Source: Rhynchopus sp. YZ270_cl-10 (lineage: Eukaryota). Taken from it: DNA of 64,000 bases. The stretch is from contig OZ037833.1 in NCBI GenBank assembly GCA_964035575.1, forward strand, positions 2,728,001-2,792,000. The letters are read 5' to 3'. The position numbers were made by a program, and so were the translations under genes. The notes under the pieces are model-generated. The model was not told the DNA's origin. It saw nothing but the letters and a program-made list of their open reading frames with translations, and ran no database searches. Below are positions 24,001-36,253 of the stretch, piece after piece. How positions within the stretch are numbered: position 1 is the first letter of the stretch; each line of letters begins with the position of its first letter.

Positions 24001-27000
24001 CGTGGTGTCCCCGTGTACGTGTTGCACAAGCCCTTCGCTGCAAAGGGCGACATGGGCGCACGCAACAAGAAAATCATGCTCAAGTCCCAGGTCGCCAAGT
24101 TCCCTATTCCGACCAACGCAGATGTGGCACGCCTGCATCGGCACAACCTTTCCAACGGTCTCTTCATGAGTGCAGTGTACACCCCGACCTGGCGGGCACA
24201 GGAGCTCTCTGCAGGCGGCAGTGAAGACGAGCTTGCGACGCGTGACCTGGAGATCGTGCTGCGCCCCACAGTAACAATCACGAACAACCTGCCGTACCCC
24301 CTGCAGTACTACGTGGACGACCACCACGAGGGCGCGCTGTACGAGACACAGCACCACCCGCTCCTGCAGAAGGCGCTCACAGAGCTGCAGAAGATGGTCT
24401 TCGCGGAGGAGTGGTCCGATGCGTCGCGCGACGCACTGACACTGCTCCTCAAGAGCAAGGAGCTTGGCGCTGCCGTCACGCAGACACTCTCGGAAAGCGG
24501 CTGGGACAGCGCAAAGAAGCACTTCGAAGGGCCACCCTCGAAGGCCGTTGTGGACATACTCTGCGAAAGGCTTGCCTACGCCTGCCACCCGCGTGTGATC
24601 CTCCCAGGGAAGAGCGCCTCCTTGCTCTCAGTGTCGCTAGAGAACGACACCACGGTGTGTTTCACGGTGCACGCGCCGGTGCATCTGTACAGTTCAGGGC
24701 TGGCAATTCCTCGTGTCTCTGCGGTAGAGAGCTTTGACTACATGGTGCTGCTGTCGCCGGATAAGAAGTCAGTGAACAGCTCGACACAGCGGCTGTTTGT
24801 GACACATGAGACGAGGACGAATGCGAATGTTGTGCTGACTGTGTGGACACCTCTCTGGTTTGTGTCGCAGGTGTCGCCAAAGACGTGCCGGTCGTTGACG
24901 ATCATGAAGGAGGGCGGGCGTTTCATCTTGCGTGGCGATGAGATAATCACGAGGGCGATGCACGGCCTGCGGCAGGGTCAGGTGTGCCAGTACTCGCCAC
25001 CCACGATCATCGGGAAGCAGAAGAACGTGAAGTTCCGCGTTGCAGTCGACGACAGTGAGATGAGCAGCGTCTTCCAGTGCAACGAGATCGGGACACACAA
25101 CGTGCTGTGCACCAGCAGAGAGGGCGACAAGGAGGTGCACGTTGTGCCTATCAATGTCACCACACAGGCAGCCCCAGGCGACTTTGCACGTTCCCGCATG
25201 GTCACCTTCCGCGACAGGTACATGGCGTACAACCACCTCAGCGAAACTGTCCAACTCCGTGTCGCACAGTTCGGGGACAACTCAGTCTACACCCTCGTCC
25301 CTCCACAGACCAGCGTCCCCATAACCTGGGGCTGGAAGGGTGAGAGCGGTGCGCTCAGCAAGATGCGCAAGCTCGACGGAGCGCTCCCAAACCTGCAGAT
25401 TGCACTGCAAGGCAGCGACCACTGGTCGCCAGAGTTTCCATGCAATATGATGTCCGGAAGGGCGAAGGTATGTTTGTAAGTATACGGAATTGACACATCA
25501 CACTCCACAACACAGCTCTTCGGGAAGGATGGGGAGTTCTCCGAATGCATCAACATCAACAGCAGCATCCAGTCCTTTGTGACCTTCATTGAGTTCTGCC
25601 CCAGGTATGTCTCACCCCTTCCTCCTTTCTCCTTTCTCACCGACCACCCCAACAGCTTGGTCCCGTACCTCCAGGTGTGTAACAGCACGTCCTGGCCTGC
25701 AGAGGTGTGGCAGGTTCCGTTCGACAAACTCAGTGAACCTAGTACAACAGAGTGCGGGCCAATGACGACCATTGACTGGTATGTTCACCTCCCCTTCCCC
25801 TTCCCCTCTCCCTCTCCCTCTACCTGCCTATCACAGCTGGATGGACGAATTGCTGACAACACCACCGCTGCGTTTGAAGTTGGAGCACAGTGATGATGTG
25901 CTTGTGGTTGAAATTGATTTGAAGCTGCTGGCGCATGGCAACGCATGTGTCAAGTACGTGTCCTCCTCGCACGGCTCCTTTGAGGTGAACATCCGCATGG
26001 GGTCGCGTGTCGTGTGTGCGGACATCATTCCCGTCCACCGCATTTCCTCTCTGCACGTCAGAGTTGTCTCCTGCGGCGACCTCTTGGGACGTGACAGCCA
26101 CTTCTGCAGTCCGGCCACGTCAGACCCGTATTGCATTCTCAAGGTCGACGGACGCACCCCACGCAACGACGACGCAAAGACAAGCGGACAGAACTCAACC
26201 ACCGACCCCGTCTGGCTGAAACCTGAGTGGAAGTCCTTCTCCATCTTCATGCACGAAAGCACCCTCACGGTGTCCGTCTGGGATGAGGACGTTGTCCTCC
26301 GCGATGACTTCCTCGGACAGATTTCCGTTCCTTTGAAGACCGAGGTCCTAGGGAAGCAGGGGAGACGCCGCTTTGAGCTGCAGTCACGTCATGGCGGGAA
26401 GGACTGGGAGATGGTGCGGAAGGCAGGGCGGAACAGCTTTGGGCACATCGTGCTGGAGTATATGTTCACAGGCCCGCAGGAGGGTGTCGGGGAGGTGGGC
26501 GACCTGCCGCTCACCATGCCTGCCCCGCTTGAGTGGCCCCTGGTAGTGCAGATCTCCACCTCCGTGCAGATCTCAATCTGTGCCGAAGTGGCGGGCTGTC
26601 TGCGTGAAGTGATTTTCATCGAAGTTGGCGGGGTCGAAGCTTTGATTGTCAAGGAACACGACAACACGTACACCGGAAACCTCGAAATAGCGCTCCTACA
26701 GGTGGACAACTGCATGGGGCACGCCGACTTCCACGTCATCTTTGGTGCTGAGCGGAGCTCGAAGAAACCTGCCCTAAGAATCTCCTATGGAAAGTTCAAA
26801 TACAAATCCGCCTCTGTGACCGGAGAGTACCTGGGTGCGTTCCTCAAGCCACTGCGTGTAACCCTTGGCGACACAGACCTGCTGTCTTTGATAACAGGAT
26901 TTTCCGCAGTCATCCACACCCTGCTGAGGAACAACATCCAGTACGACGAGCTGACGAAGTTTTTCATGGAGCTTCCCAGCCCAAACGGGAACACATCGCA

Positions 27001-28471
27001 CGCAAACCAGCACCATACGATCTTCAGGTTTACGGAGATCTTTTTCCACAGAATGGTGGCGGAGGTGACGTGGCTGGGCTTGGGACAGGCGGGGTCTGCT
27101 TCGAAGGAAACATTACCGTCTTTCTTGCAGACGTGGGGGCTTGCGTTTCTTTCGATTGATGCGGCGAAGATTACGCTGCCTGCGTACCGCTGCTCGAACC
27201 TTACCTCACGCAAGCAGGACCTCGCGACGATCTTCCACCTACACTACTTGCCATCACTCCTCCGCGCATCTGTTGTACTACTGTCTGCGTCTGCAGTGGG
27301 CAACCCCTATGCGGTGCTGGCCTCCATCTACACTGGCGTTAAGCTACTGTACTATGAGATCACCGAATCCTACCGCGAGGACGCAAAGTCCGTCGGCAAA
27401 GGCCTTGTTGTCGGCGTCGCCGTCTTCCTCGGCCAGGTCATCGTCGCGCTCCTCTCAGTCATCTCCGCTGTATGCCGCCTTCTCGGTCAGATCCTTGGTG
27501 TCTGCGACTCCTTCGCAGGCTCCGAGCTTTACCAAGCACGCCACCGAATTGAAATGCGCGTCAGACGTCCCCGAGGTGTCATCCACGGAGTAACCAGCGG
27601 GGCGGAACGCTGCTTCAATGGGGTGTACTACGGTGTGTATGGGGTGGTGTCTTATCCGTATGAGGGTCTTAAGGCGAATGGGTGTTTTGGGTGTTGTGCT
27701 GGGGTTGTGACCGGGGCGGTGGGTGTAGTGATGAAGCCTTCGCAAGGAATCTTTGATTTTCTGGAAACAATCAGTGAAGGTGGCATTGTCAGTATCAACG
27801 GACCGTCACGTTCGATGAGACGGCGACCACCTCGGGTTGTCCTGGGAGGCAGGCTTGCAAAGTACAACAGACGGCGTTCTGAAGTATACGCAATGCTTTG
27901 TTCTCTGAACATCACCAGCCATAATGTGGGTCTCCAGGTGGCTGAAGAGTACTACGCATACCACTCAGAGGCGAAGCAGCCTAGTGAATGCTTTTTGATC
28001 ACAACGCACCGTCTGCTCTCGATGTTTGCAGAAGGGAAGACAGAGATTGTGGTGCAAAAATGGGCAATAGATTTGGCGAGTATTACGCGTGTTGTGCTGG
28101 CAGGACCGTTGATGTTGATTGTGTGGTGCGGGCGGAGTAAAAAGAAGAAAATAGAACTGCGTGCGGCAGGGGATGTTATGTCGTTTGCCTTTGCGTTGCT
28201 GGATTCACCTCTGTGCAATGTGGACGAGGTGGAGATGCCTGCAGAGGTAAGCGATACCGAACGCTTCTCGCATGTCATCGAGATGTGGGACGCTCCAGGG
28301 GTGAACCGCGACCCAGGTGACGAAGGAAGCGCATACGGCACAGTCACACGCGAGGAAAAGGTGGAAGGCAATGAATCCATCGCGCACACCATTCTCAACA
28401 GTGACGACAACTACACCCTGACAGAGCGTCTCAGAAGGCTCATGGAGTTGCTCGCAGATAAGCGTACCTAA
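12037..28471 (+). CDS. VPS13: VPS13-family bridge-like lipid transfer protein, ~5425 aa, 4 exons, with inserted NHL repeats, NADAR-like and C2 domains
   Basis: Chorein-N-like start 'EYFDGINREQLQVSLAAGEVYLKDISVKPSFL' and 'ARMWQYAVRCV'. VAB-type repeats: 'YTVLNETGLPL', 'VRSTVVVRNEFDFPI', 'RPTVTITNNLPYPL'. C-terminus 'GVVMKPSQGIFD...RRRPPR' followed by a PH-like tail. Exons 12037-25467, 25516-25604, 25656-25778 and 25837-28471 join in frame (16278 nt). Confidence 0.88.
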
Positions 28472-28841
28472 TATTTGTTTTGGGCAAGTACTCTGCGCCC
28501 CGTTGAACGGTGAAGCGTTTTGCACTTTATTTTAGAAATGCTCGATAATCGGTTGAAAATAATTGCTTTTTTTTCCCACCCCTTTTTTTTAAATTTCTCA
28601 GATACTGTTTCAAACCTTTTAAAAGATGTGTGCATGAGAGGTTACATCTTTCAAAATTTTCATTTTTTTTTGGGGGTCTGTTGTGTTTTGCCTTTTTTCC
28701 GCTTTTTTTCTGTGCCTTGGGTTCCCTCTATCCCCTAGAAGTCTAACATTTTGCCACCTAACTTGAATTGGGAATAAACGTTCCTCCACTTCCCTTCTGT
28801 TTTTCTAAAAACTGCTTTTATGATGTTTTTTTTACAGTGAT

Positions 28842-28954
28842 GGAGTGGTTTACAGCTTCCCTGTAAACCACTCCCATGCGCATCACTCCGGGGTTCGATA
28901 ACCCGCGGAGTGTCAGTGCCTGCGTCCCAGAGGCGTTTGCACTACCAACTTCAC
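28842..28954 (+). repeat. Multi-hairpin element containing dispersed repeat family D
   Basis: Perfect 14-bp stem 28842-28855/28861-28874. It is followed by CACTCCGGGGTTCGATAACCCGCGGAGTG-TCAGTGCCTGCGTCCC..., which is shared with ~53364, 61137, 59815 and 43397. Confidence 0.75.
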
Positions 28955-29677
28955 TTTTTTTTTTAAAGGTGCTCCTTTCTGTACCTCAAGAGGTGTCGGA
29001 AAAATCTGAATTTCAATCGAAGGTGATTCTCAAAAAGAGTCTTTTTGTTTAGCAGGGGTTTTCAAAAAAAAAATTCCCGGCGTGTTCACCCAACCAATAA
29101 AAGTGCTCACGTTTTACGTGTACCCGCATTATACCAGCTTTTTCTCTCTCTGTCAAGTCTTTGTGCTGAACGGAGGTGTAGTGATGCAGAATGTGATTCA
29201 TGTGATTCATCTTGCTTCTTCGTTCTTTGCTTCAAGGTAACCACATTACCTTTCTCTGAGAGAGAACGAAAAATCTACGTCTACAATCCACCAATTTAGA
29301 GTGGAAACAGAAACTGGGTGTGATGTATCCCCCATGTATGCACCTTCTTCCGCTATGCATTACATATGCCCAACGGATAAAATGCGAATATCATGTTACC
29401 CCCCCAAAAAAAAGCTGATTTGCTCAAAAAAAACATAGTGGAGCTCACTAATACAACCAAGTTTTCAAAAAAAACCTTAGCAATTTTCATCAATCTGGGT
29501 TCCGAAGACCCTTTTTTTTGCCACCTTTTAAAGATACAACGGAATTTTTATGTCTATACATACAGCAGGTGGATAGGATACAATGAACTCTTTTCCTACG
29601 ACTAATTTCCTTTTGTGGTATTCTCCATTTGCACGGTTATCGCCCTTTCCACAGAATACACAAAAAGGCGAGCAAAG

Positions 29678-31024
29678 ATGAGTGGCTCTTCAGCAGAAGG
29701 CGCTACGTTTGATGTGCGGGAGTACGCTGCGAAGTATGCAGACGGGGGTTTGAAGATTAAGAGGTTGCTGCATGTTGTTGAGGCGACGAAGGATGTGGAC
29801 ACAAAGCGTGTTGCAGAGAAGATGGTGGTGGATAGCCTGCAGGAGACGATGCGGGTGGATCTGTACCAGGATGTCATGTCGTCGCTGGGTAGTGCTGTGG
29901 ACGAGGCGTGGGTGGCAGAGACAACCAAGCGTTCGAACCAGACGTTGTCGCAGCTGGAGCAGGAGTTCGGCATGGCCAAGACGCAGCTGCGGAAGGACGA
30001 AACACGGCTCGCGGTGCGCAACCTAGGGCTCTACTACCAGCAGTGTGGGCGGCTCATGAACAGCGTCAAGTTTTTCATTAAGATGCGCGATTTCTGCAAA
30101 AATGCGGAGGAAATTCTGGATATGTGTCTCCTTGTCATCGAAGTCGGCATCGAAAACGACACGTGGTCTGTCGTGAACCAACACTGTGCACGAGCTGAAC
30201 AGGCTGACAGTGGAAGAAACAAAGTTGCACTCGGCAAAGTCCTCATCGCCCTGGCGCTCTCCCTTCTGGACTGCAAGAAGTACAAACCTGCCGCAATGAA
30301 GCTGTTGGACGTACCTATCGAGGTAGGCGACAGCTTCTCACAGGTGCTCTGTGCGCAGGACATCGCCTCCTACGCATGTCTCCTTGCGCTGGCAACGTTC
30401 TCACGCGCGCAGCTCAAAGAGCGCTTCATTGATACAACCCCGTTCCGTGCGTACCTCGAGTTGGCACCACGATTGACGCAACTGGTCAAAGGCTTTTACG
30501 AGTCGGATTACAGCTGTCTTTCCATTCTCAAGGAGGTGAAGGAGTCGGTATGAAACTTTCTGCATCTTTCAATCACCCTCTTTTTAACAGATGCGGATGG
30601 ATTTGTTCCTGCACAGCCATGTGGATGACATATGTGATGCGATTTGGACACGCGCCTTGAAACAGTACACTTCACCTTATATGTCGGTCGACTTTGCGAA
30701 AATGTCCAAGGCATTGCACACCCCTGTGCCAGAGCTCGAGAAGTCTGTCGCAAAGCTCATCGTCGACGGACAGATCTCTGCAAGAATCGACTCCGCCAAC
30801 AAAATCCTCTACGCCAAACGAGGCAATGCACGTCAAACCGCATTCAACAAAGCTGTCGAGTCAGGCAGACGCGTCGTTCTCTCCACTGAAGACCAATTGC
30901 GAAGGCTTGGCATGGTGCAGTCAAATTTTGAGTACAGAGTATGGCCTTTTTCAGACTTTCCTCCCACAAAACCCCTCTACAGCATCCCGTTCCCGAAAAT
31001 ACCGAAAGGATGGACGGAATGTGA
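29678..31024 (+). CDS. CSN1: COP9 signalosome subunit 1 (CSN1/GPS1), PCI domain, 3 exons
   Basis: Motifs 'KMRDFC', 'DIASYACLLALATFSRAQLK', 'FRAYLELAP', 'MDLFLHSHV', 'RALKQYTSPYMSVD', 'GQISARIDSANKILYA'. Exons 29678-30547, 30591-30938 and 30983-31024; 43- and 44-nt GTATG...ACAG introns; 419 aa. Confidence 0.9.
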
Positions 31025-31455
31025 AAAGGCGGTCTTCAAAGAGAAACGCTCTGGAGAAGACGTTATCGAAGAGCAACCAAACACAATTAAAAGCAACATT
31101 TTAACCACTATCCCTAACGTGCCATGAGAACAGCGGAGTGTGAAGGGGGGTGGGGAGTTGGGCTGTGGGGGGTGAATCTGATGAATTTAAAAAGAAATAA
31201 AAATATGAGGAAACCACCTTCGGGCTCGCCACACACATACTCTGACCTCTCCCCTCTTCTCCTTCCCTAAGAACCCACTTTCTATTTTTTGTACATGACC
31301 GCCCCTTCCACCACTACCACCCAAACCCAACCAATAGAGCGAACCGTTGTCCATGAAGAGCTAACCCTTTTGTGCCCTAGGGACCGTGGTGTGCCCGACC
31401 TCGACCAAACAGAGGAGTTGTTTTCATTCTTTCATCCAACTTCTATTGTTTCATC

Positions 31456-32355
31456 ATGCCCTTCCTCCACGTCCACAGCGGGGACGGTGTCAGCGATGTT
31501 CCCGAGGTAACATGGCAGGTGGACTGGACACGTCCACTTGGCTTTGAACGCCAGCTTACTTCATTGAAGCGGCTTCTCGCTTTGAGCTATAATGGGACTG
31601 GGGTGGTGGGGTATTTGCTGCAGAGTCGCGAACAGACTTTGGATCTGCATCTGACACCTGTGGAGTTGGATTTGCAACGTGATGGACACATCTCCATGGT
31701 GCTCGACCCAGATGCCTCTATGCAGCCACAGTTCCTTGACACATTCCGCTTCGGCACAGCAGAGGATGCGGCAGCTTGCTCCTACGCTGAGCACGCAAAG
31801 TGGCACCGTCTTGCGAACACCCTCCTCTGCGATACAACAGGGCGGATACCCAACTGGCGTGACTCAATACGAAGCGGGTTGAAACATCCAAAGCCACGCA
31901 CCCGGCCACCCCCGCTCTCAGTGGCAGCCGCAGTGTCGGTCACACCCACAGCCGCGGCACCGAAAATATTGGAAAAGTTAGAGGCACCCAGCGCAACAGC
32001 AGGGACGAACGATGGGTATCTCAACCCCACCCAGCCTGCCGGCAGCAGCGAACCTATCTTGCTCGACCATGTGCCTGGGTTTCTTAAAGGGGATGAGGTG
32101 GAGGCCGTGGCAGTGCCGTCGCAGCCCACGCTGCACGGGGTGCGTGGTACTGTGGTGGGTTGTGAGTATCGAGGTGCAGTTATGTACGTCGTGGCTGAGT
32201 TCCCAGAGCATGGCGTGGCAGTGGTGCAGGCCGCCCACCTGCAGAATATATCGGAGATGGAGAGGGAAGCAGCGTCACCGAGCCCGACAGGGAAATTATC
32301 CTATCCCGTGGAAAAAAAAACCCCACAGGAGGGTCCTCAAAACTCCGAAATTTAG
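31456..32355 (+). CDS. Hypothetical protein, possible SH3/KOW-like small barrel near the C-terminus
   Basis: 299-aa ORF with coding-like composition and the segment 'KGDEVEAV...LHGVRGTVVGCE...YVVAEFPEHG'. Both ends are uncertain and may be spliced. Confidence 0.55.
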   Translation: MPFLHVHSGDGVSDVPEVTWQVDWTRPLGFERQLTSLKRLLALSYNGTGVVGYLLQSREQTLDLHLTPVELDLQRDGHISMVLDPDASMQPQFLDTFRFGTAEDAAACSYAEHAKWHRLANTLLCDTTGRIPNWRDSIRSGLKHPKPRTRPPPLSVAAAVSVTPTAAAPKILEKLEAPSATAGTNDGYLNPTQPAGSSEPILLDHVPGFLKGDEVEAVAVPSQPTLHGVRGTVVGCEYRGAVMYVVAEFPEHGVAVVQAAHLQNISEMEREAASPSPTGKLSYPVEKKTPQEGPQNSEI

Positions 32356-33162
32356 ATATGAGGGTGGAGCACTTTGCTTCAGTACGCTGCATCAGGTCAC
32401 ATATGTGAAGACAACATAACCTTAAAACGACCTCGGTCCTTATTTGCATTTTTGGGATCCGCCTGTGCAGTGGTGGGGTCAATATTGAAAATTGGGCAAT
32501 TTTTGACCACATGTAGGAAAATGAGCCATCATTGTACTTAGCTGTGAATAACGCACCAGGAAATCATCCGAAATGAACTTGTCGTCTCACTCCGATGAGA
32601 GTGTCTTTTTTTGTGATGGGTTTTATGTTAGGTACATATGTTGTCCAGCCCAGAGTACAAAGAGCTGCAGTAAACGAAAGAAAGGTTTCTGTCGTGATGA
32701 TGTTTTATTGTTGAACCCAGCCCCCTCTCACTGTTCTTCTCTTCCTCTCTCCTTCTCTACATCATACAGACTCACTACAGGTTTGCAAATAAGACACAAA
32801 CACAAAGGATACCTGTCTACCACCAGGTTGTCTCGCGGTCGTTCTCAGTTATCCCGAAGCTGTCGCCGGTATGAACCTTGCTTTCCACACCCAATTTCGG
32901 GTCCCAACAAGTGTACTTTACCTCAAACCCCTTTCCAGTAATTCAGGATGCTGTGCCGCGTCCCCACTTTTAATTTTATCTTTCTAGACTAGCAGGGCCT
33001 ATTCACAACATTTGTGTGTGGGGGTTGCAATTGTCGGCACTGGAGATGCACAGTGTGGTGCGACTTTGTTGTTATTTTGTTATTTGTATTTTTGTCCATT
33101 CATTTTCCCCACACTCACAGAGAGTTCCGGGAGGTTTGTTGAGTGCGCGCAGGACCCTGACG

Positions 33163-35424
33163 ATGGAAGCTCAACAGCAGACAGGACCTAAGCTGGTATA
33201 CTTCCTACTCCCATCAAGGTCAGTTCGCGATCATAGAAAGTCGGGGTTTATCGTTTGAGCATCACCCATTCGCAACCTCTGTGTGTGTGTTCCTATGCCA
33301 TGGAAAACGATGTGTTTGTGTGTTGCATTTTTACTTTCCCCGTTCTACTCGGTCGAATCTCTGTGGTGCTTTAGTTATTGAACGAAACATTTCCTCTCAC
33401 AGGTCAACATCGAGGACATAGACTTTGATGCGTGCCGTGAGATGCTTCTGAACCCACCTGCATTTTGCAGACTTTCATTTAAAGAATTCCAGCAGGACTC
33501 ATGGTGTGGGAAAGAAAAGGTCACCGAAGAAGTACGTGTTTGTAAGACCGGCAGCACTGACAGGCAGCAGAGGAAGATCTTAGTCGTCTGTGCAGGCATG
33601 GGCAGCGGTAAGTCCAGGGTGCTGACGGAGCTCCACAACATTATCCAGCCTGAGCTGGATGGAGGGTCTATCCTTATCGAGCTTCGAGTCGACTTCGAAA
33701 ATGCCACGCGTAGACAAGAGCACGAACGTTCTACAAACAATCGAGCCAGTGTTGTTGAGAAAGCAGTATTGGATAGGATCATGTCCCATTTGATGAGGGA
33801 TAGGGAGAGGGAGTGTTTCGGGTATTTCTTCTGCAAGGAGAGGAAATGGGGATTCAACCTTACTGGTCTGGTGACGGCCATACAGAGACACCTGGAAACT
33901 GTTGAGAAGAAGAAGGTGTTCGTGCTTGTGACTGTTAATGGAGGTCAGAGTATGGATCGGGAATGCGGGATGTACAGCGACGAGGGTATTTACGACGAAG
34001 ACGACAGACAACGGTGGTACAGGGATAGTGCAGTTCGAGCTCTCTTCGTTGTGCTTCATGACACGATGATGAACGTTCCTCGTGTGATGTGTGCTGTGTC
34101 CTCCTCAGTGACTCTCCCGTACCAAGGCATCAGTCACAGCGAATCTCAGACAATGCGCAAGGCTTTCATAGATCCACCACCGCTGACCAAGCTGCCGGAT
34201 GAGATCAAGAACACGACTGCTCTCAAGCATGCTGAGCACTTCGTAGGTCTGTTGGGAAAGCATCCTCGTACAATGGAGTTTCTTCTGGACACGAAAGAAA
34301 CAGACATGAAAGCAATTATGGACCACTGTGCGGATGATTTGCACGAACGTTACCAATATAACCATCTGCGTGCGGATGCTTTGAACGACCTCTTGCGTTA
34401 CTCTCTTTCAACGTGTAGCATTGCATCAGCAGTTAGGTCGCCGGTTGGCAGAGTTGTAGATGATTTTCAGTTCCTTGGGCTGACGACCCTCACCGATAAA
34501 ACACTTCGCATTTCCCCTCTTCTTATGTATGCTCTAAAGACGGGGAGGAGAGCTCCCGGCCAGATTTCGAGTGATGAGGAGTTTCCGATTCTTGATGATT
34601 GGCAGCCCTTCACCAATGACACATGCGCGCAAGAGTTCGAACGGTTGATAGGCTATGTTCAGTGCGTTCGCTCGAAAGTGTTCACAGGAGAGGTCCCTCT
34701 TGATGAGTTTCTCCATGGTGTTAGGTGGGTCACGGACCTCCCCAGCAGCATGCAAGTGAAACCTGCACCCTTGACGCTTGAGAAAGCAAAGCACAAGCTG
34801 CACACAGACTCCAAAAGTAATGGCGAGACTCTCTCTCGGGGAATCAAAAGTAAAAACAAAAAGGGAGAAGAAGGGTTCTTCGAAGTGGAGGACACATACT
34901 GGAGCCATGATGAAAAGCGCATCTTGAAGGGTCACTGTGTGATGAATGCTGACCACGCTTCTGCAGGTGACCTCTTCTTCCCCCTCGACCAGTCGACAGC
35001 CAGTGGAACCAAGCCAATTCATGTGGTCACACAAGCCCTACACTCCGAATCTGGAATCGGAGATGACACTCTTTCGGACAAGGAAGTTAAGGAAGTTAAG
35101 AAGAATGCAGAGACCGCAGCTGCCGAAGGGGATGTCTACCTTCTTGTGACGAAGAAGCACGTGAACAATGATACAGTGCTGTCAGGGGCCGTGAAGAGTG
35201 GTGCGCACGTCGGTGTTGTCGATGCAACAAATTTTGATGCTCACTTCGGTCCTTTTTCGCTAAAGTTCTTTCCACCTTCAAGCCTGTTGTCATCGCGTCC
35301 TGTGTGGCCTGCATTGCAGGGAAGTTCAAGCCTGCTAACAGACGATTCAGAGTCGGAAGGACTTCAGCCGCTGAAGAAGAGGAGGGTTGAAGGTGAAGGA
35401 TGTGGTGGTCTAGCAATAGAGTAG
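33163..35424 (+). CDS. Crinkler/RHS-like P-loop NTPase plus degenerate restriction-endonuclease-fold protein
   Basis: Walker A-like 'VCAGMGSGKS', Walker B-like 'VLVTVNGGQ', 'LLGKHPRTMEFL', and C-terminal 'VMNADHASAGDLFF...VVTQALHS'. The main ORF is 33403/33442-35424. A short first exon 33163-33195 with a phase-0 intron to 33402 is possible but tentative. Confidence 0.6.
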
Positions 35425-36253
35425 AGCTGTGATTCGCAGTGCAATCAAAAGGTGGGGCTTTAGGAGGAAAAAAGAACCCCCTTCGAGATTGGAGAAAAGC
35501 GGGCCAATAATGTTAGGTGTGAAAGTAATAGTTCTGCTGCGAAGTTGCAAGGGTGAAGGAAATTATGAGGACGTCATAGCGACACCTTTTTCGGTCCTCT
35601 TTTCTCCTATTTATTTTGATTTAACGGACGATGCGTCTGTATGGTGGGTCACATCCACCCTCAACCTTTTGTCGAACCCCTGAATAACAGTAACCGGCTG
35701 ATAAAGCTAAACCCTTACTGCTGCAATGATATTTATTCCCCTTTTTTTTTGGGGGCAATTTCTTTCTTCCCAGCCGGAGAGGAATCTCTTGTGATGAAGA
35801 AACCTTTATTTACGTTTAAAAGGGTGGGGAATGTGAGGGATGAAAAAGGGGAATTCCTTGAAATCGGTTGTTGGAGAGTCATGGTCATGACACTAATATA
35901 GGAATGGGGGAAAAAATACAGAAAAAGCAAAAACACAAAAAACGAATTGACGCCCCCCCCACCTCCTTTTCCCGTACGAAACGACACCTCTCGCACCTGT
36001 CCCATGGCGCTTCAATATAACGATATTATTTACCCCCTTTTTGTTCAGGCAAAGAAAGCAGCCCAGTAATACCCAACAATGGATCCGAGGTTTGCAAAAC
36101 CCGGTACTACCCGATAGGTAACGGATGCCATATGTGAGAATACCATATTTTCCCCCCAAATGAAACCTTATCCCCACACCACGCACTTCCAGGAGAGGAC
36201 ACAAATGATCAGCATATAGCACGTCACCCTATACCAGAGGCAAGACGGAAGAC

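Noticed and set aside
25468..25836. Apparent frameshifts or a split between the 4480-aa and 899-aa ORFs
   Set aside because: Explained by three canonical short introns, so no recoding or pseudogenisation is needed.
28891..28904. GGTTCGA as a tRNA gene (also near 39733 and 59817)
   Set aside because: No acceptor, D or anticodon arms can be formed.
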